A stretch of DNA of 62,818 nt, filler included, from Polymyxa betae A26-41 (lineage: Eukaryota > Protista > Endomyxa: Phytomyxea): assembly GCA_003693705.1 (NCBI GenBank). It is 7 parts of 7 records of this genome, joined end to end, with 100 filler letters (N's around TTAATTAATTAA, not from the genome) between each part and the next. Parts side by side here need not be neighbours in the genome. Positions count along the whole stretch, not along the records: positions 19,536 to 35,323 come from RBZT01000209.1; positions 35,424 to 54,454 come from RBZT01000963.1; 5 more parts are not named here. One strand, 5' to 3'. The notes below the pieces were generated by a model. The model searched no databases, was not told the DNA's origin, and saw nothing but the letters and a program-made list of their open reading frames with translations. This document shows, piece by piece, positions 25,961 to 36,868 of the stretch. A program made the translations under genes and the position numbers. Numbering within the stretch: position 1 is the first letter of the stretch; every line of letters begins with the position of its first letter.

Positions 25961-27625
25961 TGTTGGGATTCGGGTTTATATTGTATAATTGAGTATATTA
26001 ATCCAGAAATTCCAACTCCAAAGTGACGCAGCCTTTCTACTCATACAGTCACAGGACGATACCTTGTGAACGTTCCCTATATTTATAAATCACCCTTTTC
26101 CTTTCCACCATATTCGACCTTTATTAGTAGATTAAGAGTCCCATATGTCACACAATGGCAATGAATCACAACCTGATGAATCATCGGAGAAAACGCCAGA
26201 AAGTATGCTAGACGACGAACTTGATCAAGCGATAAAACAAGCAGAACGAGAGCAAAAGATCAAAAAATTGAATGAGCTGAGAAAATTAAACAAAGATCAA
26301 AACCAAGTTGAAGTTCAAAAGACAGACGCAATAGAAATGCCATTAACGAACAAGATTGAATTCAAACCGTTTAAAGGAGCTGGCGACAACTTCGAATTCT
26401 GGTTAAGCACAGCGGTCATGTACCTAAAGGCAACAAAATTCGACCAAGTTGTCGGAGTAAATGATGATGGATCACCAAATCTGGAACCACCACGTATCGA
26501 TTCGCCAGCAAGGAAACAAATGGATTGGCAAGCACGACTTCTCATTGTTGGCACATTGATTACACGAGAAGTCGCGATGACCCTAAATCTGCAGATGTGT
26601 GAAACCTCCTATCACGCCTGGAAGATTCTGTTTAAAACATATAATCCCAGATGCAGAGCTGTTACCGTGTCAATTCTTGAAGAGTTCTTCTCAATGCGAC
26701 AAGGAGAGAGTGAGAGCATCGATATGTTCAGCGCACGTCTGAAATCATTTGCAAACCGTTTAAGAGCACCTGTGGATAGCAAAATTTTACAATTTAATGA
26801 CGAACTGACCGCTATGATAATGATGATGAAAGGTAATCGCAAGTATGCTCCCACGATTAGTGCGATAAACGCTCGATCCGATGGAGAAGATGAATCATTA
26901 GATCTCGGTCGACTGACGGCAATTCTTGTACAGGAAGAGAAGATGAAGCTGAAGCAAGAAAAAGATGATATAATCCTATCTGCAAATTATTGCATCAACA
27001 CAGCGATATGCCGACAGCATCCTCACGGGAAACACCAAGAAGGAGAATGCAAAAGAAAATGTCGAATTCATCCATTCGGATCCAACTCAAACGAATAATG
27101 CCGAAACCAAACAAAACTTTTTAAACCATTTAACAAAACAAACCAAGAAAGTGCAAATCACAATAATACAAGCGTCAAAAGCAGTGATTCTTATCTGACG
27201 GATCTGAACCAGTTAGCACTGTCTGCTAGTGTAACCGATGATACAAACGGCAACTGGATTATAGACAGTGGTTGCTCCATGCACATGGATAATAATCAGA
27301 TGTCCTACGTCAACTATAGATCTGACGGAAACTTAAAGATCATCATGGGGAATGATACATCCGAATACAGTTCAGGAATTGGCGATAAAGACATTACGAC
27401 GTCAACTGGCAGATTCAGAATCGAAAATGTCCTGCTAGTTCCAAACCTGAAGCGCAAGTTAATCTCAGTTGGCCAACTAACTAAAGAGGGTTAAAAATTC
27501 GTGTTCGATGGGAGCCAATTAGATATCTATGAAAGAGATGAATGGACACCACCCAAAGGAAAACGAGTCGTGACATGCCAGCGAAACGCTAATAATCTCT
27601 ACACCCTGAGCGAATCCAAAAATGA
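25961..27625 (+). mobile_element. Truncated Ty1/copia element (LTR, PBS 26130-26144, gag, protease)
   Basis: Gag 26145-27098 with a UBN2-like region (AWKILFKTY...FFSMRQGESESIDMF), CHHC knuckles, protease WIIDSGCSMHM, ENVLLVPNLKRKLISVGQL and NNLYTL. In-frame stops. The LTR start is inferred. Confidence 0.88.
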
Positions 27626-27799
27626 TACTCGAACGTCAGCATCACTATTGTTTGATCGGCGCAGATCATCACATAAATCGAGGATCTTCTCCGGAGCACC
27701 TAGAAAGGGATATCCACACTAGGGTTTAGGGATTCAGCAAAAACAGCGACACCTTTGACGACAGCCACGTATCGAGCCTCGGTTATGGATGCGAAGATG

Positions 27800-28171
27800 G
27801 GATTTTCCGGGTTGTTGTTAACAACAAAATAGCGAGATTATCAGCTTGACGTGTAGCCTGCCATTCCGGCAAGGATCCCATTCCGATCAGGAACAGGACG
27901 CAGAGCAGCATGACGATGGCCTCGGTGATCTTCTTGGTAGAAAACTTGGCCGTGATACCGGCCACCATCAGCCAGACGATGGCGTTATTAATGGCCTCCC
28001 AGAGAATCTCATAGAACGGAGTCGACTTGGGCTTATCCAGGACATTGGCACCAATACACTCAATCCGACGCTGCGCTTCATCCGAGCTCAGGCCCGTTTG
28101 GGAATCCGTCTGTAGATCAGACATCAACGTCTCGATCGTCATACTGGCCCATTTCTCCTACAGAGACATCA
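27800..28171 (-). pseudogene. N-terminal fragment of a P-type II cation ATPase
   Basis: Cation_ATPase_N motif GLSSDEAQRR...GANVL plus TM1-TM2 and EWQA. Early in-frame TAG and no downstream domains. Confidence 0.8.
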
Positions 28172-28541
28172 TTGTCAGTATAAAACTCTTAATGTAAAAT
28201 TTTAATTTCATAATAAAAAGCAAAATTAAAAAGGTAATTTAAAATGTTAAATAATAAAAAAAAGCTAGATAAAAAAGTTAATTGAAAAAAGCGAACACAG
28301 CGTGAAACAGTGATGGAAATCAAAGAATGGGAATGAGCAGAACGGACCTCATTGGCACGGTCGGTAATGAGCGGACCATTGCCATCAGATTCGCGGAAGC
28401 ACGGTAAACATTGTAGTTTGCTCTGAACATGGTGCTTGATGTTACGAAACAAGGCGCCCAGACGACCTTCGTCGGCATCAGGAACATCATGTTGCAGATT
28501 CGGACACGCCTTTTGCAGCATCTCAAGCAGGGCCGCCTACC

Positions 28542-28880
28542 CTAACCGACCTCGACGGTTTCTTCGATGATGGGAGATCCGGAAGGTTTCAAAGACGAAG
28601 AACCCCTGCTGAAGATCCTGGCGACTTTGTCGGAGAGAGAAGGCTGGGAGGAAGAAGCCGGAGAACGGAGCGTAACAAGTTGCTTATCGTCTTCGAGTGT
28701 GTAGACGGAAGAAAGCGTGATAGAGCGCGTCATATCAAGACCGACACGGCCTTTGAGAGGAAAACTTTGGGACTTGGTCATAGATGGGCCGGACCCAGGT
28801 TGGGAGCGGGATGATTCCTGGGCAGCAGTGGCCACATAAGCCAAGGCCAGGAACGCGATCGCAGAGAACGTCGCCTTCAT
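28542..28880 (-). CDS. Ser-rich secreted protein (candidate effector), possibly extending to ~28300
   Basis: Signal peptide MKATFSAIAFLALAYVATA, with coding-like sequence continuing past the TAG. Confidence 0.65.
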   Translation of the reverse strand: MKATFSAIAFLALAYVATAAQESSRSQPGSGPSMTKSQSFPLKGRVGLDMTRSITLSSVYTLEDDKQLVTLRSPASSSQPSLSDKVARIFSRGSSSLKPSGSPIIEETVEVG

Positions 28881-30040
28881 TGGAACGAGAACAAACAGGC
28901 AGTTTGCAGAATGAACTTAAACCGAGCTCGCCCAGATTTTCCTCCCGACATATCCACCATTAGGGAACTTCGTCGTATAATAGTCCAACGGAGTTATTAT
29001 AGCGCACATCATATAATCCAGACAGCGCACTCACATTCACACTGCGGATGTTCCCGATTCGCAGTCGAAGTTGGGACACAGCGCAGCGATTCATGTCGCA
29101 GATCGGGAATTGATATGTTAGGCAGTCGGCGTTTGGAGGCTAAATAAAGCTTTGAGTTCAGGATGAGATATTCCGCCAAATATGGTCATACCAGCCCCTC
29201 TTGTCAGGTTCTGCGATACGGAGACAGAGCTACGAAGAGACAGCGGTCCAGGTCCGCAGAAATCCGCACGGATCTCCGGAGCATTTCGAATAAAAGTGAG
29301 GATGCGGAAACGGATTCCCCCAACGCGACTGGAACAGCCGTAGGTCTTTCGAGCAGCAATGGATGAGGCAGCGTAGTACTGGTCCGCAGACCGTGACCAG
29401 CCAGTTTCTCATACATTGTTTCTCTTTGTTTGTCCCTTGAAGGGGAGGCCGGAATGAGACGAGTTTTTGATACAAACTGGCTATTAAAATGAGCTTTTGT
29501 AGCGTGGTTTTAGAAATCGCGACTTTCGTGATTTCGTGCAGGACGATGATGGTGCCATTCCGGTTGATAGATATTGGCTGTCTGCGCCTTTTCGGGTGAT
29601 CTGATATACGAATGGATGATGGCAGAGAAAGAGCGCGTAGCTCTTCGGCATTCGGCTCTTTGTTCGGAGGAAAGATTTATTACATGATGATAGAGAGGAG
29701 TTTTGTTATACCAGATAATGACACACACTATGATAGTCGGAAATCTCCGCCACGTTATGATTCAAGAAATCGTTCGAATCGTTCGACAGTCCGGGTCCTA
29801 TCGGGCGGCCTCGTTTTCTCTTTGTTGCTTTGTTAGAAGGTTCCTGAATAGAGATTATCAGTGAGGAATCCGTAATGATTAGAGATCGATGACATTATCA
29901 TTAAGCGAACAATACTCCGGACATGGTAACGAATTCGACGATCCCGGAATTGATTCTGTCAAATGTTGTGCTGCGGACTGGTTTGATGGATTTTCTGGGC
30001 AGAATTTCTATATAGAGATGTCAGTATGGAGATGGGAAGC

Positions 30041-30358
30041 CTACTCATCATACAGGAGATGAAATCTCCGGGAGCTCCTATATAGAGAATTTAGAATGAG
30101 ATATCGAAAGGATAGAGCCCATCGTACATTTAAATCGAAAGAATGTTGTGAAGTTGTTTTTTCAATTCGAATCAGCTCCAAATCGCGGACTTGATTTTGA
30201 GGTGAAATAGGCGGATTATGACTGACGGAACTGATGGACGGCAATACCTCGGCTCGGTGATCGATAGGACTATGGACGGATTGTCCCAGAATGGCCTTAG
30301 CTGGGTTGGTGGCGTCGCATACGACCAGTATGACAAGGATGATGGAGATAGAAAACAT
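30041..30358 (-). CDS. Putative secreted protein, first exon(s)
   Basis: MFSISIILVILVVCDA signal-like N-terminus. 3' structure is unresolved. Confidence 0.45.
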   Translation of the reverse strand: MFSISIILVILVVCDATNPAKAILGQSVHSPIDHRAEVLPSISSVSHNPPISPQNQVRDLELIRIEKTTSQHSFDLNVRWALSFRYLILNSLYRSSRRFHLLYDE

Positions 30359-32240
30359 TTTGGGGAAGAGACACGAATGCCGACAGAGTCGGGTCCGCAG
30401 GCCGCGCTGTCCGAAATTGGGCTCCTGTTTAATGGCTCCCTCCCTGTTACAGGATCCGATGTGCGGCCTGATATACACGCGACTTTAAAAAAAAGTTTTG
30501 CAATTTTATTGGTCTGTTTCTATCGAATCTGCAATTTCAGTGGTCTTTTTTTACAGAAAAACTTCTGCAATTTTCATTGGTCTGTTGCAGAACAATAGAG
30601 ATTCCAGATCGAATCCTTTAATGATCCAATGATCGGCTGTGTAAAGTAACGTTACAGTCTACATCAAGTTCATGATACAATTCTAGCGCACAGACGAAGC
30701 CTGTTTCGATGAATCAGCATTGTGAGTAAATGGTGTTTGATAGAGACATTTTATCTACCTCAACTTTAACGAGATTTTAATAAATTGTGAAGGACAATTT
30801 CGGACAAGGTCAATAGGTGGTGATACTCGACATTGGACGGCTTGATGGTCGAGAGAGAATCCGATGGAAATTTCAGCAAAAACTTGCAAAACAATCCAAA
30901 GTCTCAATTTCCTTGTGCTTGCAAAACAGCCAGTTAATTGCAGGAGCCAAAAGGATTGTTTCACAGCCTCATCAAATATTTTGCGCAGTTTTGATATTTT
31001 TATGATTTGTTTTTCACACAGCAAATTATTCATCCAGCTTGAAACGAAGCGGTTTTACAGAGACTACCCAGATAGTAGTGAACATCTGTAGCTGTGACAG
31101 AATTGCGTAATAATTAGTAGTTAAAAACAGCTCTTTATGCGTTGCTGAGCTGAATAAGAACAGAACATTCATGCACAAGAATCCATCTGAAGAAATTTCT
31201 CATTGAAGAGAATATTTGCAGGCACTGCAATCAGTATTCAGAAACTGTGAATGGGAAAGCTCCCGCTTTTTTATATAAAAATTGATGAAGGACCTTTCAA
31301 ATATATCTATGAATATATGACTGTATTACAGCGACTTATACTCAGGGTCCTAGGGTTAGGGTTTTCCGAGATTGAATATGAATGGCAAAACGGGTGTATT
31401 CTTGTTGATTCTGGAGATAGTCAGAGCGCCATTATGCTGGAGGTGAGAGCACATCCAAACCCTAATCTTCAACATACTACTCGATTTCATTCGAACAAAT
31501 TGCCATCATAAACCATCCTGGGACAAATTCGAGAAAATGTTCCGCCAACTGTATGCGAACCACAGGGTTATTTTATAGCGCGAATGGGTTTTGTTAACGA
31601 AAAGTTTTCAGGGTGCTGAATTGCAATCCATTAAGGCGATCTCTGCAGATATTAATTCGATTAGGTTGGCTCAGGATTGGATCAGATAGGCTGGAACTGT
31701 TTGTCCGCACATTAGATGGGCGCCCCAGTAGCCCAAGGGCGGACCCATCTGAGCCTAGTTCCAGAATACGAAACTATATCATTTGACAGTAAAGGGAAAC
31801 TACTTCTGTCTGTCGACAGATGAGCGGGCTGCGGCATCATCTGTCTCTCTCTCCCTCTCTCTGGTATATATCTGGCTCTGTCTGGTAGACGTTCGCACAC
31901 TATGCCTCTTAGACTTCAATATGACTTTATTTGAAAGAATGGGCTAATGTACAATGACTGCTGATTCGCGGTCGATTCTTTTGAGCGTTGACAAATATCT
32001 GTCGTCTGGTTCCTTATTGGGAACGGCACCAGAACGAACAAGCAGTAGTCTTTGACAGGCTAAAGAGTAGAGAGATGATTACAGAGATGCCATCCATTGT
32101 TTTTGTAGAAGCGAAACCTGTCCGTCCATGTCAGCTAACAATTTTGAAACGCAGCAAGCAATACATGGAAATGATCGATCTGACTTGAAATTGCCACAGA
32201 ACAAACGTGACGACATTGGATGTAAGTGCTTCGGAAAGAA

Positions 32241-32912
32241 TCACAATTGCATGAAGCTCGGAACCGCACCAGTGGTCGATGTAACCTTCCAGGTAGTGAC
32301 GGTCTCATCGCTCACACCACAGACCGTGATAACGTTTGTTGATAAGACAGTCGATACTCCTTCCCAATTATTCTTGACAAAATCGCTATATGCGCGAAGT
32401 CCCTTGATTTTCGAGTTTGACCCATCTGCCCGGAAACTGCCCACCGTTTTCGCAGTGAAATGTTTGGAAGTATGAGACCCGCACACATTCTCCCTATCAG
32501 AATTCAGCTTCTGAATGAAGCTCACAGCACTTGAACTACTGGCGTATTTGTTTTGGCACGACTGTAGTTGTCGTTGCAGTGGTTTATTGATTGGATTTTC
32601 ATAAACAGCAGAATTCATTTTATTTATGAACGGATCACTGGGCAGTCCAGACCCTATACAAAATTGAATTATTATGGAATAACGCGACGGCAAGCAACTG
32701 AGCGTAATTTTGGATGCACCAGTATAGAACTGATGACGTAAAATGGTTTGTGTGTTAGCAAGATGATTCGCCGCCATTGCGAACCGACAGACAGCAGGCT
32801 CCGCCATCTGTCGACAGACAGAAGTAGTTTCCCCACTGCGACCAACGTCCTCTTCGTATCTATATTTAGACACGCCAACATTCCGTAAAGGCGGCTCGAC
32901 CTCACCCCCCAA
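32241..32912 (-). CDS. Hypothetical protein or pseudogene
   Basis: 223-codon ORF with no recognisable motif and an uncertain start. Confidence 0.25.
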   Translation of the reverse strand: MGGEVEPPLRNVGVSKYRYEEDVGRSGETTSVCRQMAEPAVCRFAMAANHLANTQTILRHQFYTGASKITLSCLPSRYSIIIQFCIGSGLPSDPFINKMNSAVYENPINKPLQRQLQSCQNKYASSSSAVSFIQKLNSDRENVCGSHTSKHFTAKTVGSFRADGSNSKIKGLRAYSDFVKNNWEGVSTVLSTNVITVCGVSDETVTTWKVTSTTGAVPSFMQL

Positions 32913-32962
32913 AGCCGAACGTCATTCTTCAAACGACCGTTTGACAATGTCGCCTATATTGA

Positions 32963-33625
32963 TTGTTGAGCTTTCTGCTATCCACGATGGTGCTGTTGAT
33001 GACGCCGGGGACCAGTACGGACACCCATACGTACTTGTACGCATGGAATGAGAGTGGGACTACCGTAAAGTTTCAGTTCAGCAACAATCTCTCTCAGATT
33101 AGTTGCCGATGGCACCAAGCGAGTTCTCATGCTCAGTACCATCCGCAGAACTGGAACGATTATCGTCTGTACAAGGATATGACGGACGATGTGATTCTTG
33201 GTGAAGATGGGACTAAGGACCAGTATGACGATACTCATGAAGTTGTGACTGAGTTCGGACCGCTGTTTGCGGATCTATTCAATGCTGGACAATTACCTGC
33301 TATGGATACTGTACAGATTGAACTCCGTAAGACCGACGATGAGCTGAAGTTTTGGATTATTGGAGCTAAACATCGTGATGATTGTAATTATATTGTCGCA
33401 TATCAATGTGAGGAAATTGAGACCGTCTTCTTCGAAGACGAGGAATTCGCCATGGCATATTATGAGACTTATCTTCCACAGTTTATACATAAGATCTTTA
33501 TTAGCAAGCGAGACGAGTCAGCTTCAGGCATTGGAGATGCGAAATTTATTGATCAAGTTGGACAGGTAGCTGAACGTCTATTTGACCTAACCATAACCCT
33601 AAAACCCGGTACACTGCTACAGTAA
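32963..33625 (+). CDS. Acidic hypothetical protein with a hydrophobic N-terminus (possibly secreted)
   Basis: 220-codon intronless ORF with globular-looking composition. The start is ambiguous (upstream ATG 32947 is out of frame, in-frame ATG at 32987). Confidence 0.6.
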   Translation: MLSFLLSTMVLLMTPGTSTDTHTYLYAWNESGTTVKFQFSNNLSQISCRWHQASSHAQYHPQNWNDYRLYKDMTDDVILGEDGTKDQYDDTHEVVTEFGPLFADLFNAGQLPAMDTVQIELRKTDDELKFWIIGAKHRDDCNYIVAYQCEEIETVFFEDEEFAMAYYETYLPQFIHKIFISKRDESASGIGDAKFIDQVGQVAERLFDLTITLKPGTLLQ

Positions 33626-34533
33626 ACATTTTCTCATTTCTCCTTCCTTCAATTTTATAAATCCCCTATCTACCCTCTTAGGAATGTTCAATCGCCAAAA
33701 GTTTATAGTTTCATAACCTGATCTTTGGTTGATTCATAAAGGTCACACGGCAAATCATTTAGTACTGTTGATACTGTATCTTCAGAAAATCTGGAATCCG
33801 CAACTGCCAATTTGAAGTAGTTATTTGAAGTTGTTTCTCTTTCTGCGGCTGTACATTCATCAAATAACATATTACTCTTGGAAATTACATGATATTGTAG
33901 TAGAGAGGAGGTTTATGTAATGGGAGAGTCACAAGAGAGCCGCTGAAAATGCCCAAAAACCGGAACACGAAATCTGGTTTATTGTCCATAATTACGAAAT
34001 AGATTTCTAACATGAGTAACATGTGCAGCATATAGCTGTATGAACGATGGAATCCCACTTAATCACGATCAGATGTTCCCTTGTATAAGTCATCAGGTAG
34101 ATTTGGGAGATAATCACCCAGATTTGAATACTCATAGGTTCGCTTTCAGTTCCTTGACGATACTGTGACCGGCTCTGTGATAGATGGCGGCCGAGGCGCC
34201 TAGAGAGAGGACAAGGCCAGGATTTGAACCAGATGCGATCCCCGCCACCGATAATCGAGTAATATCACCGAACTGAAATTAGCCATATGAAATATTCAAT
34301 CAGAAAAAAACGTTTCTCTTTAAATACAACCAAGTTGGCGAGGCTCGAATTTTTGTGATGCGGGATTTCTGACATCCGAAGATTGCTTCTGAGAAAAAGC
34401 CTCACACTCAAATTGAAGTAAATCTATAATGCTCATAAGAAGTAGGGAAATGAAGTGAAAACTTCCTAGAGTCAACCAATTTAGAGCGAATCTTTAAGCG
34501 GCCATTAGCTGGAATAGCCTCTGTGTAATGTTA

Positions 34534-35323
34534 CAGTAAATGTAAAAATTCAGATTCACTGTTACTGCTATTCTTAGTTGAAGTGGGACAACGCGATAGA
34601 AAAATTTCGCATTGCGCGGAAGTTCGGAGGCCCCGCCGATATTAATCGCAACATGAGAGAGAGGCAAGGATATGGGTTATTGGCAACACTGGATGGTCAG
34701 CAAGCATCTGTCAATACAAAGCAGCATGCTGCTTATGCATATTTTTTCTTGGGATTCACGATAGCCCGTATTGCCACGATTTATCGAAAGGGAACATCAA
34801 GTATATCGCGCTGGATAGAGAGATATAAGACTGATGGTGATCTTTCTCGAAGAGTGTCGAGCGGCTCGAACATTAAGTTCTCCCGCGAGCAACGCCAGTG
34901 GATCTTTCGGTATATTATGGACCATCCTTTGTCGTTTCTTGATGAAACAAGGCGCGCTTTCATGCTTTATTGGAATCTCAGCATCAGCACCTCAAGCTTC
35001 TGGCGTCTAATGCGAGAATCGAATCTCTCGTACAAGGTTTGGCCAGGGTATGCTTGGGCCAAACCACTGAAAAGTCATTCCAGGTCATCGAGCGTCGCGC
35101 TATGCAGATATCTGTAACAGACGTGATAAGATTCTTTCGTGAGCTCACTTCACTACACTGGACACACGAAACCTTGTCTTTTCTCGATGAAATCTCCTTT
35201 GACAATCGAGGAATGCTTCGACGACGTGGATATGCTGTAAAGGTATGTGATTTCGAGTTCGTGGGAGCTTCTCGCTGGTATCACTGCTAACAGGGTCAAA
35301 AGCTTCTTTATCATGGAGAGTTT
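34534..35323 (+). mobile_element. IS630/Tc1-type transposon with intron-containing transposase (5' part)
   Basis: TA|CAGT terminus at 34534 and ATG at 34653. HTH (IARIATIYRKGTSSISRWIERY) and FLDEISFD catalytic motif. Introns 35037-35083 and 35243-35293 restore the frame (SYK|VIERRA, AVK|GQKL). Confidence 0.85.
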
Positions 35324-35423
35324 NNNNNNNNNNNNNNNNNNNNNNNNNNNNNNNNNNNNNNNNNNNNTTAATTAATTAANNNNNNNNNNNNNNNNNNNNN
35401 NNNNNNNNNNNNNNNNNNNNNNN
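35324..35423. other. Artificial contig linker
   Basis: N44-TTAATTAATTAA-N44. Confidence 0.99.
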
Positions 35424-35888
35424 TGAACGATTCCTCAAGGTAATTGGGCCCGTATAGAAATAATGTTCTGATCCAGTTATTTAGAGCATCGATAAGGATT
35501 ATCAACCGAATCAGTTTGAGTGCAGCTTCTTTGGTGCAGGATCTCGTCGATGTCCAGGTCAAGAAATGGCTTTATTGAAGAGTATGGTAAAAGAAACGTC
35601 CATACAGATGTTGCTTATAATCAACAAATCACTGATACAGATGTTCTTGACTCTGATTATTCACAATTCTGATTTCGAGTACCCTGCCAATGCCAAGATG
35701 ATGATCATTGATATTCCAGCACCTCTTCCAAGTGATAAGACGCCATTGGCGATGATTGTTTCCAGCCGACTATGAAATGTCTCATTTATATACACTACAT
35801 AATATTGCACTGGATTTATCTAGATTGTTATAACAATCAATGCAATGGAGTCGCATTATATATGAGTGAGTGATTAGATATATATAGA

Positions 35889-35922
<34 letters not shown>
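35889..35922. repeat. Compound (GT)n(GA)n microsatellite immediately upstream of the RPE start
   Basis: Directly visible in the sequence. Confidence 0.9.
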
Positions 35923-35923
35923 C

Positions 35924-36868
35924 ATGAGACCATCAGCCATCATTTGTCCTTCAATCCTATCTGCCGACTTCTCACATCTTGCTCATGAAATAGATCGTGT
36001 CCTTGATGCTGGTGCTGACTGGATTCATGTTGATATCATGGTTTGTTATACAACTTACCTATCAAGAGTATGTTCTTGACATTTGACTAATAGGATGGGT
36101 TTGGTCTTTATCAGTTATTATTCACAAGCCATTCTCTAAATCATCATTTAGACATTTCGTACCTAATTTAACTATTGGCCCTCCAGTTGTAGCATCATTA
36201 CGTGGCCATAATCAGAACTCATTTCTCGATTGTCATTGCATGGTTAGTGACATTCGTAAATGGATTCAAGTATAGTCTGCTCTTACCCTGAAGGTCACAT
36301 ATTCACATTATTTAACAGCCATTGAGTACATCAGGAGCATCACAGATCAGTTTCCATCCTGAATCTCTGAATTCCTATCATGATATTGGTCGAATTCTTA
36401 ACCTCATTAATGATGCCAATATGAAATCTGGAATTGCGATTAAGCCCAAGACCAATATCGATAATCTAATACCATTCTTGCAAGAGTATTCTACAGATAA
36501 CTATAATGGTTGAGATTGCTCAGTAATTGTTAGGAATCGATCGTTAGTTTACACATTACTCGTGATGACAGTTGAGCCTGGATTCGGTGGCCAGAAGTAC
36601 TAAAATATCTTTCAGCATTGCATCTATAGTACTAATATGCCAGTTTAGATTTATGCCCGAGATGATGGCTAAGGTTCAGAAATTGAGAACAATATTTCCA
36701 GATAAAAATATTCAAGTCGATGGTGGACTGAATCCAGAAACTACCATAATAGCGGCTGAATCTGGAGCGAATTGTATTGTGGCTGGTACAGCAATATTTT
36801 CTTCCAAAGACGTGGCTGAAGCCATTCGTGATCTTCGTCAGTCTGTTGAGAAGGCAGGTTCTCCCTAG
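35924..36868 (+). CDS. RPE: Ribulose-5-phosphate 3-epimerase (6 exons)
   Basis: [65 protein letters not shown]. Exons 35924-36040, 36094-36098, 36152-36269, 36319-36508, 36548-36596, 36649-36868. Confidence 0.97.

Noticed and set aside
17055-31362. Scattered CCCTAA/TTAGGG motifs (17057, 27720, 31351)
   Set aside because: Only one or two units each, not telomeric arrays.
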